Below the pieces are notes generated by a model, which did no database searches, was not told the DNA's origin, and was given only the letters and a program-made list of their open reading frames with translations. Position numbers and translations under genes: made by a program. Of a stretch of DNA of 64,000 nucleotides, positions 25,801 to 36,728 are shown piece after piece; positions within the stretch are counted from its first letter, which is position 1, and each line of letters starts with the position of its first letter. The stretch is from the NCBI GenBank assembly GCA_951406725.2, contig OX597817.1, positions 164,238,001 through 164,302,000 on the forward strand, read 5' to 3'. The stretch is from Octopus vulgaris. Taxonomy: Eukaryota.

Positions 25801-26950
25801 GAGGAATGAAGCCAGTATGCTCCGATGGATGTGTAATGTCAGTGTACATACTCGACAGAACGTTAGCACCTTGAGAGAAATGTTGTACCTAAGAAGCATC
25901 AGTTGTGGTGTGCAAGAGAGACGATTGCGCTGGTATGGTCATGTGGCGAGAATGGATGAAGATAGGTGTGTGAGAAAGTGCCAATCCCTAGCAGTTGAGG
26001 GAACCCGTGGAAGAGGTAGACCCAGGAAAACCTGGGACGAGGTGGTGAAGCACGACCTTCGAACTTTAGGCCTCACTGAGGAAATGACCAGAGACCGAGA
26101 CCTTTGGAAATATTCTGTACGTGAGAAGACCAGGCAGGACAAGTGAGCCCAGCCCACTTATGAATGCCTTTCCTCCCTTGGACACAAAGACCTGTTGAGG
26201 CAAGCGAAGTCGATATAGAACCTCATCCGACGACAGACACCCATGCCAACCCCCCATGCTTGCGAAGACATGTTGGGGCAAGCGAAATCGAAATCGAAAC
26301 CGAATTGAACCAGCCAGGATCCCTGGCCTGGTGGTACGTAAAAAGCACTATCCGACTCGTGGCCGTGGCACGTAAAATACTCCAATGCGACCGTACGACA
26401 GGCACCCATGCCAACCCCCTTTGCTTGTGAAGACATGTTGGGGCAAGCGAAATCGAAATCGAATTGAACCAGCCAGGATCCCTGGTCTGATGGTACGTAA
26501 AAAGCACTATCCGACTCGTGGCCGTGGCACGTAAAATACTCCAATGCGACCGTACGACAGGCACCCTTGCCAACCCCTTTGCTTGTGAAGACATGTTGGG
26601 GCAAGCGAAATCGAAATCGAATTGAACCAGCCAGGATCCCTGGTCTGGTGGTACGTAAAAAGCACTATCCGACTCGTGGCCAATGCCAGCACCGCCTCGA
26701 CTGGCTTCCGTGCCGGTGGCACATAAAATACACCAATCTGACCGTGGCCGTTGCCAGCCCCGCCTGGCACCTGTGCAGGTGGCACGTAAAAAGCACCCAC
26801 TACACTCACGGAGTGGTTGGCGTTAGGAAGGGCATCCAGCTGTAGAAACATTGCCAAATTTAGACTGGAGCCTGGTGCAGCCTTCTGGCTTCCCAGAACC
26901 CCGGTCGAACCGTCCAACCCATGCTAGCATGGAGAACGGACGTTAAAAAA

Positions 26951-26968
<18 letters not shown>
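22877..26968 (+). mobile_element. Near-intact young RTE-clade LINE in KLHDC10 intron 2
   Basis: APE endonuclease (LNVGTL, QE, YAP, GDFNG, IDY, QHR) + RT (GVHQGS, YADD) + PHD finger + GRPRKTW; repeat-rich 3' UTR; A24 tail; 5' boundary approximate. Confidence 0.95.
23032..26146 (+). CDS. RTE ORF (APE-RT-PHD), 1037 aa if one A is removed from the A6 run at 23754-23759
   Basis: ORFs 23032-23778 and 23429-26146 overlap with a +1 offset; deleting one A restores ILARKRERWLL and a single open frame. Confidence 0.85.
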
Positions 26969-26984
<16 letters not shown>

Positions 26985-29068
26985 TATTTTAATAAATAAA
27001 ACATATGCATATATATAAACATATATGTACATACCTACCTCTACATGTACATATACATGCTTATATGAGTACAGGACACCAAAAAGACGTCGAACACAAT
27101 GAGAAACGAAAACATAGACACAAACCCAAGGAACTGGACATTTTTTAAACAACAAAAAAATAGAGTACAGGACAATTAACACAAAGAAAAAACCCCTTCT
27201 TCAGTCGCTATGGTTTCATCTACTCATGTATTGGCTTATGTTTTTCACTGATTTGCCTAATAGTGGTTTTATCTCTAATTTAATATAATATAATATAATG
27301 TATTTATACTATAAAATTGGATTTAATCCTAAATCTCATTTTTCCCTGTAAGTTTGGATTTATTCCCTAATATTATTATTATATATATATATATATATAT
27401 ATTAAAATAAAATAATACGCCCTTTTAAAGCCTAGCCAGGCTCATGGGCTCGGTTTCAATGGTGTGTGTGTTCCCCAGCTGGATGGGACGCCAGTCCATC
27501 ACAGCGTTACTCATTTTTGCCAGCTGAGTGGACTGGAGCAATGCGAAATGAAGTGTTTTGCTCAAGAACACAACGCGTCGCCCGGTCCAGGAATCGAAAC
27601 TACAATCTTACAATCATGATGCTGACACCCTAACCACTAAGCCACGTGCCTCCACATATATATATATAGAGTGGTAATATTTATCCCCACTTAAACATGG
27701 ATGTTCTGTTAGAACAGATTATACTGCAGTAGATACCATGAGAGAAACTCTGATATTGGCTTTCTTAGTTTGTTCTAACAGATCATCCACTAGGCTTTGG
27801 TTGGCCCAAGGCTATAGTAAAAGACACTTGCCCAAGGTGACACACAGTGGGACTGAACCTAGAACCATGTGGTTGGGAAGCAAGCTTCTTATTGTACAAC
27901 CATGCCTATATCTATCTATATATATATATATATTTCTTTATTGCCCACAAGGGGATAAACATAGAGGGGACAAACAAGGACAGACAAAGGGATTAAGTCG
28001 ATTACATCGACCCCAGCGTGTAACTGGTACTTTATTTATCGACCCCGAAAGGATGAAAGGCAAAATCAACCTCAGTGGAATTTGAACTCAGAACATAACA
28101 GCAGAAGAAATACCACTCACCATTTCGCCCGGCATGTTAACGTTTCTGCCAACTCGCCTTATATATATATATATATGTATATGTATATGTATATGTATAT
28201 ATATATATATAATGTGTGCGTGTTACCTTGTCTTGATAACATGCTGTAGTTGTAAAATGAGCATCACCATCACACATGTGGTGTCCTTAATTTTTAATCT
28301 TCCATAGAAACATGTTGAGCCACAGGGAAATATTTCAATTGGCCAAATTACATATGGATGGAAGGAAATTATTTTTGATATAACATGTTAAATTACTAAC
28401 AGCAGAAAAAAGATAAAAAGAAAATTACATTATAAAATCTAGTTAGATGGCACTTTTGCTCTCCATGTTCTGGGTACCATGGAACATGACTTACTCTCAG
28501 TTCACATAAACATATATTATTATCATTTTAATGTCCACTGTCCTGCTGATAGAATTTGTTGCAGCAGATTTTCTACAGATAGATGCCCTTCATGTTGCTA
28601 ACCCTTATCTGTTGGAAACAGTTGGCCGCAGTCCACTGTCCTGCTGACAGAATTTGTTGGGGTAGATTTTCTGCAGCCAGATGCTCTTCATATTGCCAAC
28701 CATCCAACAGCTATGGGAAGATATTACCTTGCTTGGAAATAGGAGAGGGCCATCTGACCTTAAAAAATCTGCTTCAACAGATTCCATTTGACTCATGCAA
28801 GCATAGTTAAGTGGATGCTAATTGATGATAATGATGGTGATGAATAGCTTTGAGAGCTGCATTATGGCCACCTTTGCTACAGATCATTTGTAAAAGATAG
28901 AATGCAGTTTTCTTTTCTATCTAAATTATGCTTTTTATTCTGATTTTGTAATTAATGGTGTAGATTATAAATTCTTTTCTTTAGTCAAGGTTTTTTTTTT
29001 TTTTTCTCTCTTTCGAAACTTTGTATAATTTCTTCATACATCTGAAATATTTTTTTCTATTTTCACAG

Positions 29069-29153
29069 GTTTGGTCCTTCAACATATCAACAAATGTTTG
29101 GACAAAGTTAAAAACAACAGGCCCAGCACCAACGCAGGTTGCTTCTCATTCAA
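29069..29153 (+). CDS. KLHDC10: KLHDC10 exon 3
   Basis: VWSFNISTNVWTKLKTTGPAPTQVASHS; cag acceptor, GTAAGT donor, phases 0/1. Confidence 0.92.
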
Positions 29154-30512
29154 GTAAGTCAAACAATAGCATTTTGGAAATCATCTGCCTTTATTTTATA
29201 TTTGTTTCTATGTTAAAATCACCTAAGAATTTAACTGCTTTGTCTTTGAGCCTGTTTGCAACAATTGGCAAATCACCCTCAAATCAGTGTTTAGAAATTA
29301 AAAAAAGAACACAGTAAGCAATATACAAAAAGGCAGGATGGTTTTAGCTGGAATGTTTTTGATTCTAGATCTACTTAATCAGCCCTGGCCTGGTGCTAAA
29401 CAACAACTGCTGACATTGTATCTTTAATAATAAAACTCAGTGAATATTTTATTGGATTAAAATGTCCAGCCATTTATATAATCTTATAGTGGCTATATAT
29501 ATATGTATGCGTAATTGTCATCACCATTTAACATCTGTTTCCCATGCTAGCATGATGAGTGGGATGTTTTAACTGGAGGTTGCAAGCCAGAGGACGGCAC
29601 CAAGCTCCAGAATCTGCTCTGGCATGGTTTTTATGACTGGATGCCCTTCCTAATACCAACCACTTTACAGAGTGTACGGGGTGCATTTTACATAGCACCA
29701 ACACCTGTGAGGTCACCAAGTAACATGCACAACAAAACCCTTCAACTGAGGTGGGATTTAATATTAAGGGAGATGGCTTGGTGCCTGGTGATGAGAAGTT
29801 AAAATATGATGGAAGGGAAGAAGCATGTGTCAAGCAATAGAAAAAGCAGGGAGAGGAGACAGTGTAATTGCGGGTCAGAGATTGTAGGGTATCTGAGACT
29901 GACTTTATGTCCATCAGCCTCCATTCTGGGAAGAGGGTGTTTTCAAGTTAAAGGAAAGATGGAGACGCATTGTGCAACAAAATGGTTCATATTTGGTTGA
30001 TTAAAAATGTAATGGCAAGTATTTATTGACCTCTTTCTTTCCTTTAAAAATCGGCACAAACTTTCCGGACAACCCAATATATGTGTGTGTGTGTGTATCT
30101 GATAATTGTGATACATCTACATGTGTGTAGGTGTGTGTTTTTGAAGATTTATATGTATCATCATCATCATCGTTTAACACCCAATTTCTATGCTGGCATG
30201 GGTTGGACAGTTTGACATGGCAAAGCTGTCCTGACTCCAATTCTCTGTTGTGGCAAGGCTTCTACAGCTGAATGCCCTTCCTAATGCCAGCCACTTAACA
30301 GGGTGTACCAGGTGCTTTTAACATGCCACCAGCACAAATGTGTTTACACAGCACCGGCACAGGTGCTTTTTAAGTGGCACCAGCACCTATATATTTATGT
30401 ATGTATACTCTTTCTTTCTTTCTTTCTTTCGATAATGATATGAATGAAATCAAACCAAAAAGTGATATTTTGAAATAATTTTATATGTACATTTCTGGTC
30501 TGTGTAATATAT

Positions 30513-31083
30513 GTTAGTTAGTTAATTTTTTGGCTCAAAAAGCAAAAAGCAAGGCCATGTAAGGGGACATGGAGTTATGTACAGGGTGGTGTTCATGTAA
30601 AGAGTTCAGGCCACTTGAGGTCAAGGGAGACTTTGAACCGAGCGGTCGTCGGCATCTTCACCATCTCGTCTGGTAGCTTATTCCACGGATCCGCAACCCA
30701 GACGGAGAAAGCCCCTCTCCTTCGATTGAGATGAAATCGTCGCAGATAGAGCTTTTCGGAATGACCCCGCAGCCGACGCTCTGGAGCAGGAGTGAAGAAC
30801 AGCTCTTTCGAGAGGTTACACTTTCCGCTTATGATGTTGTGAGCAAGAATGAGATCTCCACAGCGTCGTCGTTTTTCTAGAGAATAAAGGTCGAGCATCT
30901 TCAGCCTTTCTTCATAAGACAAATTCTTGAGACCAAGAACCATGCGGGTAGCCAGCTTCTGGACTCTTTCGAGATGCTGTATGTCTTTGAGGAGATAAGG
31001 AGAAGAGGCTTGAATCCCGTACTCCAATATGGGTCTCACCAGCGTGACATAGAGCGGTAGGAATATGGCTGCTGTGAGCATTC
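30513..31083 (-). mobile_element. 5'-truncated CR1-clade LINE 3' end
   Basis: LYVTLVRPILEYG..LERVQKLATRMV.GL..LSYEERL..L.LYSLEKRR..GDLI...RGH..KL...WNKLP; short (AACT)n tail. Confidence 0.9.
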
Positions 31084-31232
31084 TGAATGACAGTAATGCA
31101 TTTATAATGTAAGACCACTAAATATGTATGTGTATGTGTGTATCCATGAATTGTATGAGTTAATTTTCTTATATTAAATTAACCCTTTTACTAAATGCAT
31201 CCCTAAACAATGATGATCTGTTCTTGTTTAAG

Positions 31233-31405
31233 TGTGTCTTCTTGGAAACAGCATAATTGTGTTTGGTGGATCAGGCCTGCCATTTGGCATGAACAGTAGC
31301 AATGACATTTATCAACTCGATCTTCTCAAGCAAGAATGGCAACTTATTCCCTGCCAACCATTAAATGGTGATGCTGCAAATTTCCCTTCAAAGAGATATG
31401 GACAT
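31233..31405 (+). CDS. KLHDC10: KLHDC10 exon 4
   Basis: MCLLGNSIIVFGGSGLPFGMNSSNDIY...PSKRYGH resembles human LHGNNLLVFGGTGIPFGESNGND; phases 1/0. Confidence 0.95.
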
Positions 31406-31492
31406 GTAAGTCTTGTGTATAATTTCATTGTTTGGCCATTTGTTTAATGTCTGATTTTTCCATGCTTGAACGGGTTTGGTTGGAGAGTTACT

Positions 31493-32097
31493 GGATCTTT
31501 ACCTTTTGACCTACAAATTTAAAAAATAATTTTTTTGTAACTAAACACTTTAAAACTTCAGACACTGGTAGAATGTGTCATATAAAACATGTTTTACTCT
31601 TAGCATTTTTGAGAAAAACTTATATTTATGAAGATATTTCACCTTAAATTTCTCATATTTCGGTAATTTCAACCAATCAATGACGTGTATTCAGCTGAAT
31701 AAAATTACTACTGTTGTTTGTCAACAAAAACTTCCGGCGGTGTATTTTTCGTTTGTCACTGTTGTTTATGACAACCCTAACCCTAACACCTTAAAACCAG
31801 TACAAACGCACAAATGATGTCATAAATAACAGTGACAAACGAAAAATACACTGCCGATAGTTGTTGTTGAGAAACAACAGCAGTGATTTTATTCAGCTGA
31901 ATACACGTCATTGATTGGTTGAAATTGCCAAAATATGAGAACTTTAAGGTGAAATATCTTCGTAAATACAAGTTTTTCTCAAAAATGCTAAGAGTAAAAG
32001 ATGTTTTTTATGACACATTCTACCAGTGTCTGAAGTTTGAAAGTGTTTAGTTACAAAAAATTATTTTTTAAATCTGTAGGTCAAAAGGTAAAGGTCC
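31493..32097. mobile_element. Foldback MITE with arms of about 280 bp, Merlin-like
   Basis: GG...CC termini; flanks gagttact/gagttagt (7 of 8 match); centre contains (CCCTAA)2. Confidence 0.8.
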
Positions 32098-32360
32098 GAG
32101 TTAGTTGCGGAGCAGGATTTTACAGTTGAATGTTCTTATTGTCAACCCTCACCTGCTTTGCCAGCATGGTCACAGTCCAATAACTAAAACAAGTGAAAGA
32201 TATTGTAAGGTTCTGAAATTTTGAGTTTGGGATATTCTTATTGTCTTCTGTATATCTGATAGGAGGAAAGAGTTGACAGCATGATCTACTTGACAAGTTC
32301 ATCTTGCATTTTGTATTTCTATTGTGTAATTGTGTTATACAATCGTGCTATACAAATATG

Positions 32361-32592
32361 AAGGCGGCGAGCTGGCAGAAACGTTAGCACGCGGGGCGAA
32401 ATGCGTAGCTGTATTTCGTCTGCTGTTACGTTCTGAGTTCAAATTCCGCCAAGGTCAACTTTGCCCTTCATCCTTTCAGGGTCGATTAAATAAGTACCAG
32501 TTATGCACTGGGTCGATATAATCGACTTGATCCGTTTGACTCTCCTTGTTGGTCCCCTCTGTGTTTAGCCCCTTGTGGGTAGTAAAGAAATA
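32361..32592 (+). mobile_element. tRNA-derived SINE (family B here) with TSD
   Basis: ggcggcgagctggcagaaacgttagc...gagttcaaattcc; TSD gctatacaaat(a/c)tg; other copies 45563-45792 (+) and 27935-28160, 37010-37240, 4720-4935, 17030-17250, 63830-64000 (-). Confidence 0.85.
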
Positions 32593-32636
32593 GCTATACA
32601 AATCTGTGTTATATAATTGTTTGTCTTTTTTTCCAG

Positions 32637-32773
32637 ACTATGCATCCAATTGACAATTACATATACATCTGTGGTGGTACAGAAGGTACAATTTACATGT
32701 TGGATCTTTACCGTCTTGAACTTAGCACAAAATCTTGGGAATATATTGAATGTAAAAACCCGCCAGAACCAAG
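32637..32773 (+). CDS. KLHDC10: KLHDC10 exon 5
   Basis: TMHPIDNYIYICGGTEGTIYMLDLYRLELSTKSWEYIECKNPPEPR; phases 0/2. Confidence 0.93.
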
Positions 32774-35039
32774 GTCAGATATTGATCTTCTGTACAGTTT
32801 TGTATTTATGTTGGTTTTACTGAACAATTACTTTATTGCTAAATTCATTAAATGGCCATTTTTTTTTTTTTGTGCAATTTAACCAGGCTAATCAACATGT
32901 TGGCTTAACTTTACAATTACTCTTTTCTCGATTTATGCTAATTTCAGTTGTTGATCATCAGTTCTCCTTAAACATCATTTTCATTGTTGACTGTAACAGC
33001 TATAATAATAATAATAAAAATAATAATAATAACATTTTCAAATTTTGGCGCAAGACCAGAGATTCCAGGGAAGGTGGCGGGTAAGTCAATTATACAGATG
33101 AAATGCCACTAAGCATTTTGCCTGGCATTGTAACAATTCTGCCAGCTTGCGATAAATGATAATGATAACAACAATAGTAATAACAATAATAATTATAGAA
33201 ATAATAATTAATAACGATTTCTTTATTATCTATATACCACAAGGACAATGGATGAGGGCCATTGCAAGGGAAAAGAACTATTGAAATAATAGAGGTTTAC
33301 ATAGAAAGGACAGCTACCTAAAGCCAATCAAAGAGACCCACAGACCTAGGATTACTCTTACTACAAATTTAAACTGCTCTTTCTCTCAGCTGTATTCTCT
33401 AGCCTATAGCCAGATGCTAAGAGTAAGCTTATTCCTCTGAGCCATACTTGTTACTATCATCCACTTTCCAACAAATTTACAGTAGGGCAGTACCTCTCTC
33501 TTTACCATAACCTTTCTCCACATGGTTCTTGAAGACATTCATGACAGCTCAGTCAAAGAGGAACGTCTCAGTCTTCAGTCCTTTCAGTTTTGTCCTGCAT
33601 ACAATGTTTTTTGCCGCAGTCACAAATCATAGAAAACTATCTGCCCTTCTTGATCAAAGGAAAGTGGAAGGGTGATCTTCATTTTTGACTCAGCTGCTAG
33701 CCAGATATGTCCTACGCATAACAACACCTGCTCAACATAACTCCTTAACTTTGCATTATTTGGACACTTATAAAGTGCATGCAACTATTTTCTTGCTCTA
33801 TATGCATCTCAAACAGGTCTGGCTGATAACACTATTGCACTTATAGAGTTAATCCTGAACAGGTAATATCACCCCTATTCAACAGCCAAATTAGTGATTT
33901 CTAGAAGTTCTCTATAGTCTTCAAGTTGAAAGTTCTTCAGATTAGATTGTTCAGTTGATTTTAGCATGTCCAATGTTTTCCTAAGAATGTTGTTTTTGTC
34001 CATTACTCCTTTGTCCATCATCATCATCATCATCGTTTAACGTCCGTTTTTCGTGCTAGCATGGGTTGGACGGTTCGACCGGGGTCTAGGAAGCCAGGAG
34101 GCTGCACCAGGCTCCAGTCTGATCTGGCAGTGTTTTTACAGCTGGATGCCCTTCCTAATGCCAACCACTCCGTGAGTGTAGTGGGTGCTTTTTACGTGCC
34201 ACCAGCACAGGGGCCAAATGAGGCTGGCAAATGGCCACGATCAGTTGGTGCTTTTACATGTCACCGACATGGACGCCAGTCAGGCGGCGCTGGCAACTAC
34301 CACGTTCGGATGGTGCTTTTAACGTGTCACCAGCACGGGTATCTTAACTACAATTTCCATTTGATTAATTCAAGAGTTAACATACCACCTGCTGAATTTC
34401 CAAAATGATGGAGAAATGTGAGTGCCTAAATTACATTCTAGTACCAGATACTCAAGCTTGGTTTTCACTTGACCCAGGAATGCAGCTCTATCAAAAGATA
34501 AACAGTAGAAAAATGTGACTTACAAATGGCAACCATGCCTCACTGTCCGGCAATCTTTGTAGATGCAGCACCTTTAGCTCATGTTTGTGCATTATTAACC
34601 AACCACAATAATAATAATTGTTTCTAATTTAGACACACAATCAGCAGTTTTGAGAAGTGAGGGCTGATCAATAGTATTGACCCCAGTACTTGACTGGTAC
34701 TTCATTTTATAGACCCCAGAATGATGGAAAACAAAATTGACCTTATGAAAATTTGAACTCAGAATGTAAAGAATCAAAACAACTACCTCAAGGTATTTTG
34801 ACTGATGCCCTAACAATTGTGCCAATTCTCTTTCCATTCATTTTTTCCAGTTGTAAGTGGAAAAGATTTTGTTAGGGTAATGATGTTTAAAGTTCTATCA
34901 ATTTGCATTAAATTGCAATAGGATTTCATCACCTCTACAATATTTCACTTACACAACACTGCACTAAGTTACTATGATCAGTCCTTTATCCTTTGCACAG
35001 CAACATTAGTGATGCTTGTTTAGTCAAGGGTCCACAGCA

Positions 35040-36165
35040 AAACCCAAAGTCTTAGTAAGTAGGAAAGCAGACAAATCACAAATCTCTTCAAATAGATGTC
35101 CCTGCTCATTCTGTAGAAAAGGCATGGGTAATAACTCCTTAAGATGTACCTGGTGTAAGCTATGGACACATAAGAGGTGCAGCAATATCAGAAGAAGGTT
35201 AACAGGGAAAATAGTTTTTGTGTGTGGAAGGTGCACAGGTACAATTAATACCAAAATGTACAGAAAATAGACTCCATCAAATGCCAGGTGGGAAAACTAA
35301 TAGTTGATAGCTTCCATTACCTAAGTGACCAAGTCAGAAGTGGAGGTAGATACTCTGAGAATGTAGCTGCTTGAATAAGAATAGGCTGGGCAAAGTTCAG
35401 AGAGCTCCTACTCCTGTTGGTAACAAAGGACCTTTCCCACAGAGTGAAAGGCAGATTGTACAGATGCCTGTATGCGAACAGCTATGCTCCATGGCAGTGA
35501 AACATGGGCTGTGATCGCCAAGGACATGCAAAGGCTTGAAAGAAATGAAGCTCGTGTGCTTCGCTGGCTGTACAATGTCAGTGTGCATGCACAATAGAGT
35601 GTAAGCGTCTTCAGATAAAAATTGGTCATGTGATGCGATTGGACGAGGACAGCTGTGTAAAGAAGTGCTGATCTCTAATGGTGGAGGGTAGACCCAGGAA
35701 GACATGGGATGAAGTGGTAAAGCGTGACCTTCAAACATTGGACCTCACAGAGGCAATGACTAGCAAATGAGACATTTGGCAATATGCTGTGCTTGAGAAG
35801 ACCTGTCAAGCCAAGTGAAATCGTAATCATGGCCAATGCCAGTGTCCTGTAACTGGCTCATAAAAAGTACCCCTTTGAACTTTGGACCTCACTGAGGTAG
35901 TGACAGGTGATCATGACTTTTGGCAATGTACTGTGCTTGAGAAGACCTGTCAAGCGAAGTGAGATTGCAGTAGTGACCAATGCAGGTGTTTCATAACAGG
36001 CACCCATGCTGGTGACACATAAAAAGCACCCACTACACTCTTGGAGTGGTTGGCATTATGAAGGGCATCCAGCTGTAGAAACCAACTTACCAGTTTTCAG
36101 TCAAACCGTCCAACCCATGCCAGCATGGAAAACAGACGTTAAATGATGATGATGATGATGATGAT
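35040..36165 (+). mobile_element. Degenerate 5'-truncated RTE LINE
   Basis: KVLVSRK..CPCSFCRKG..CTWCKLWTHKRC, followed by 3' UTR and (GAT)n. Confidence 0.88.
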
Positions 36166-36390
36166 ATGTGATAGGCTTCTCTTAGTTTCCGTCTGCTAAA
36201 TCCACTCACAATGCTTTGGTTGACCCAGATCTATAGTAGCAGACACTTACCCAATGTACTGTGCAATAGGACTGAACCTGAGACCACATGTTTGGGAAGT
36301 AAGTTTCTTAACCACACAGCCATGCCTGCTTCTAAATTGCTTCTGTTTTTTACTGAGAATATCACTGATTGTAACCGTTTTACTACTGAA

Positions 36391-36585
36391 TATTAATGAC
36401 TGAATCTTACTTATTTTTATTTATTATATTTGATGAAATTCATTTGTCTGGTGAAGGAGCTGAAATCAATTAAATATGCCATGAATTTATTAATGACTGA
36501 ATCTTACTTATTTTTATTTATTATATTTGATGAAATTCATTTGTCTGGTAAAGGAGCTGAAATCAATTAAATATGCCATGAATTT
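36391..36585. repeat. 97-bp tandem duplication upstream of exon 6
   Basis: Two near-identical units starting tattaatgactgaatc at 36391 and 36488. Confidence 0.9.
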
Positions 36586-36643
36586 TTTAACATGAAATTT
36601 TATATACATATTTTTAAAAAATCTTTTCATGTTTACATTGTAG

Positions 36644-36728
36644 ATACCGGCATGAAACTGTAGTTGAGAGCAAAAAATTATATATTTTTGGAGGAGGTAC
36701 CAATTTTTCTGTTTTTGATCTGATTAAG
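36644..36728 (+). CDS. KLHDC10: KLHDC10 exon 6
   Basis: (R)YRHETVVESKKLYIFGGGTNFSVFDLIK resembles human RYRHEIAHDGQRIYILGGGTS; phases 2/0. Confidence 0.93.

Noticed and set aside
31773-31792. Interstitial telomere
   Set aside because: Only two CCCTAA units, located inside a MITE
33230-33900. L1/Tx1-like LINE relic (also about 43040-43720)
   Set aside because: The composition is suggestive but I could not recover diagnostic motifs, so it is not listed as a feature
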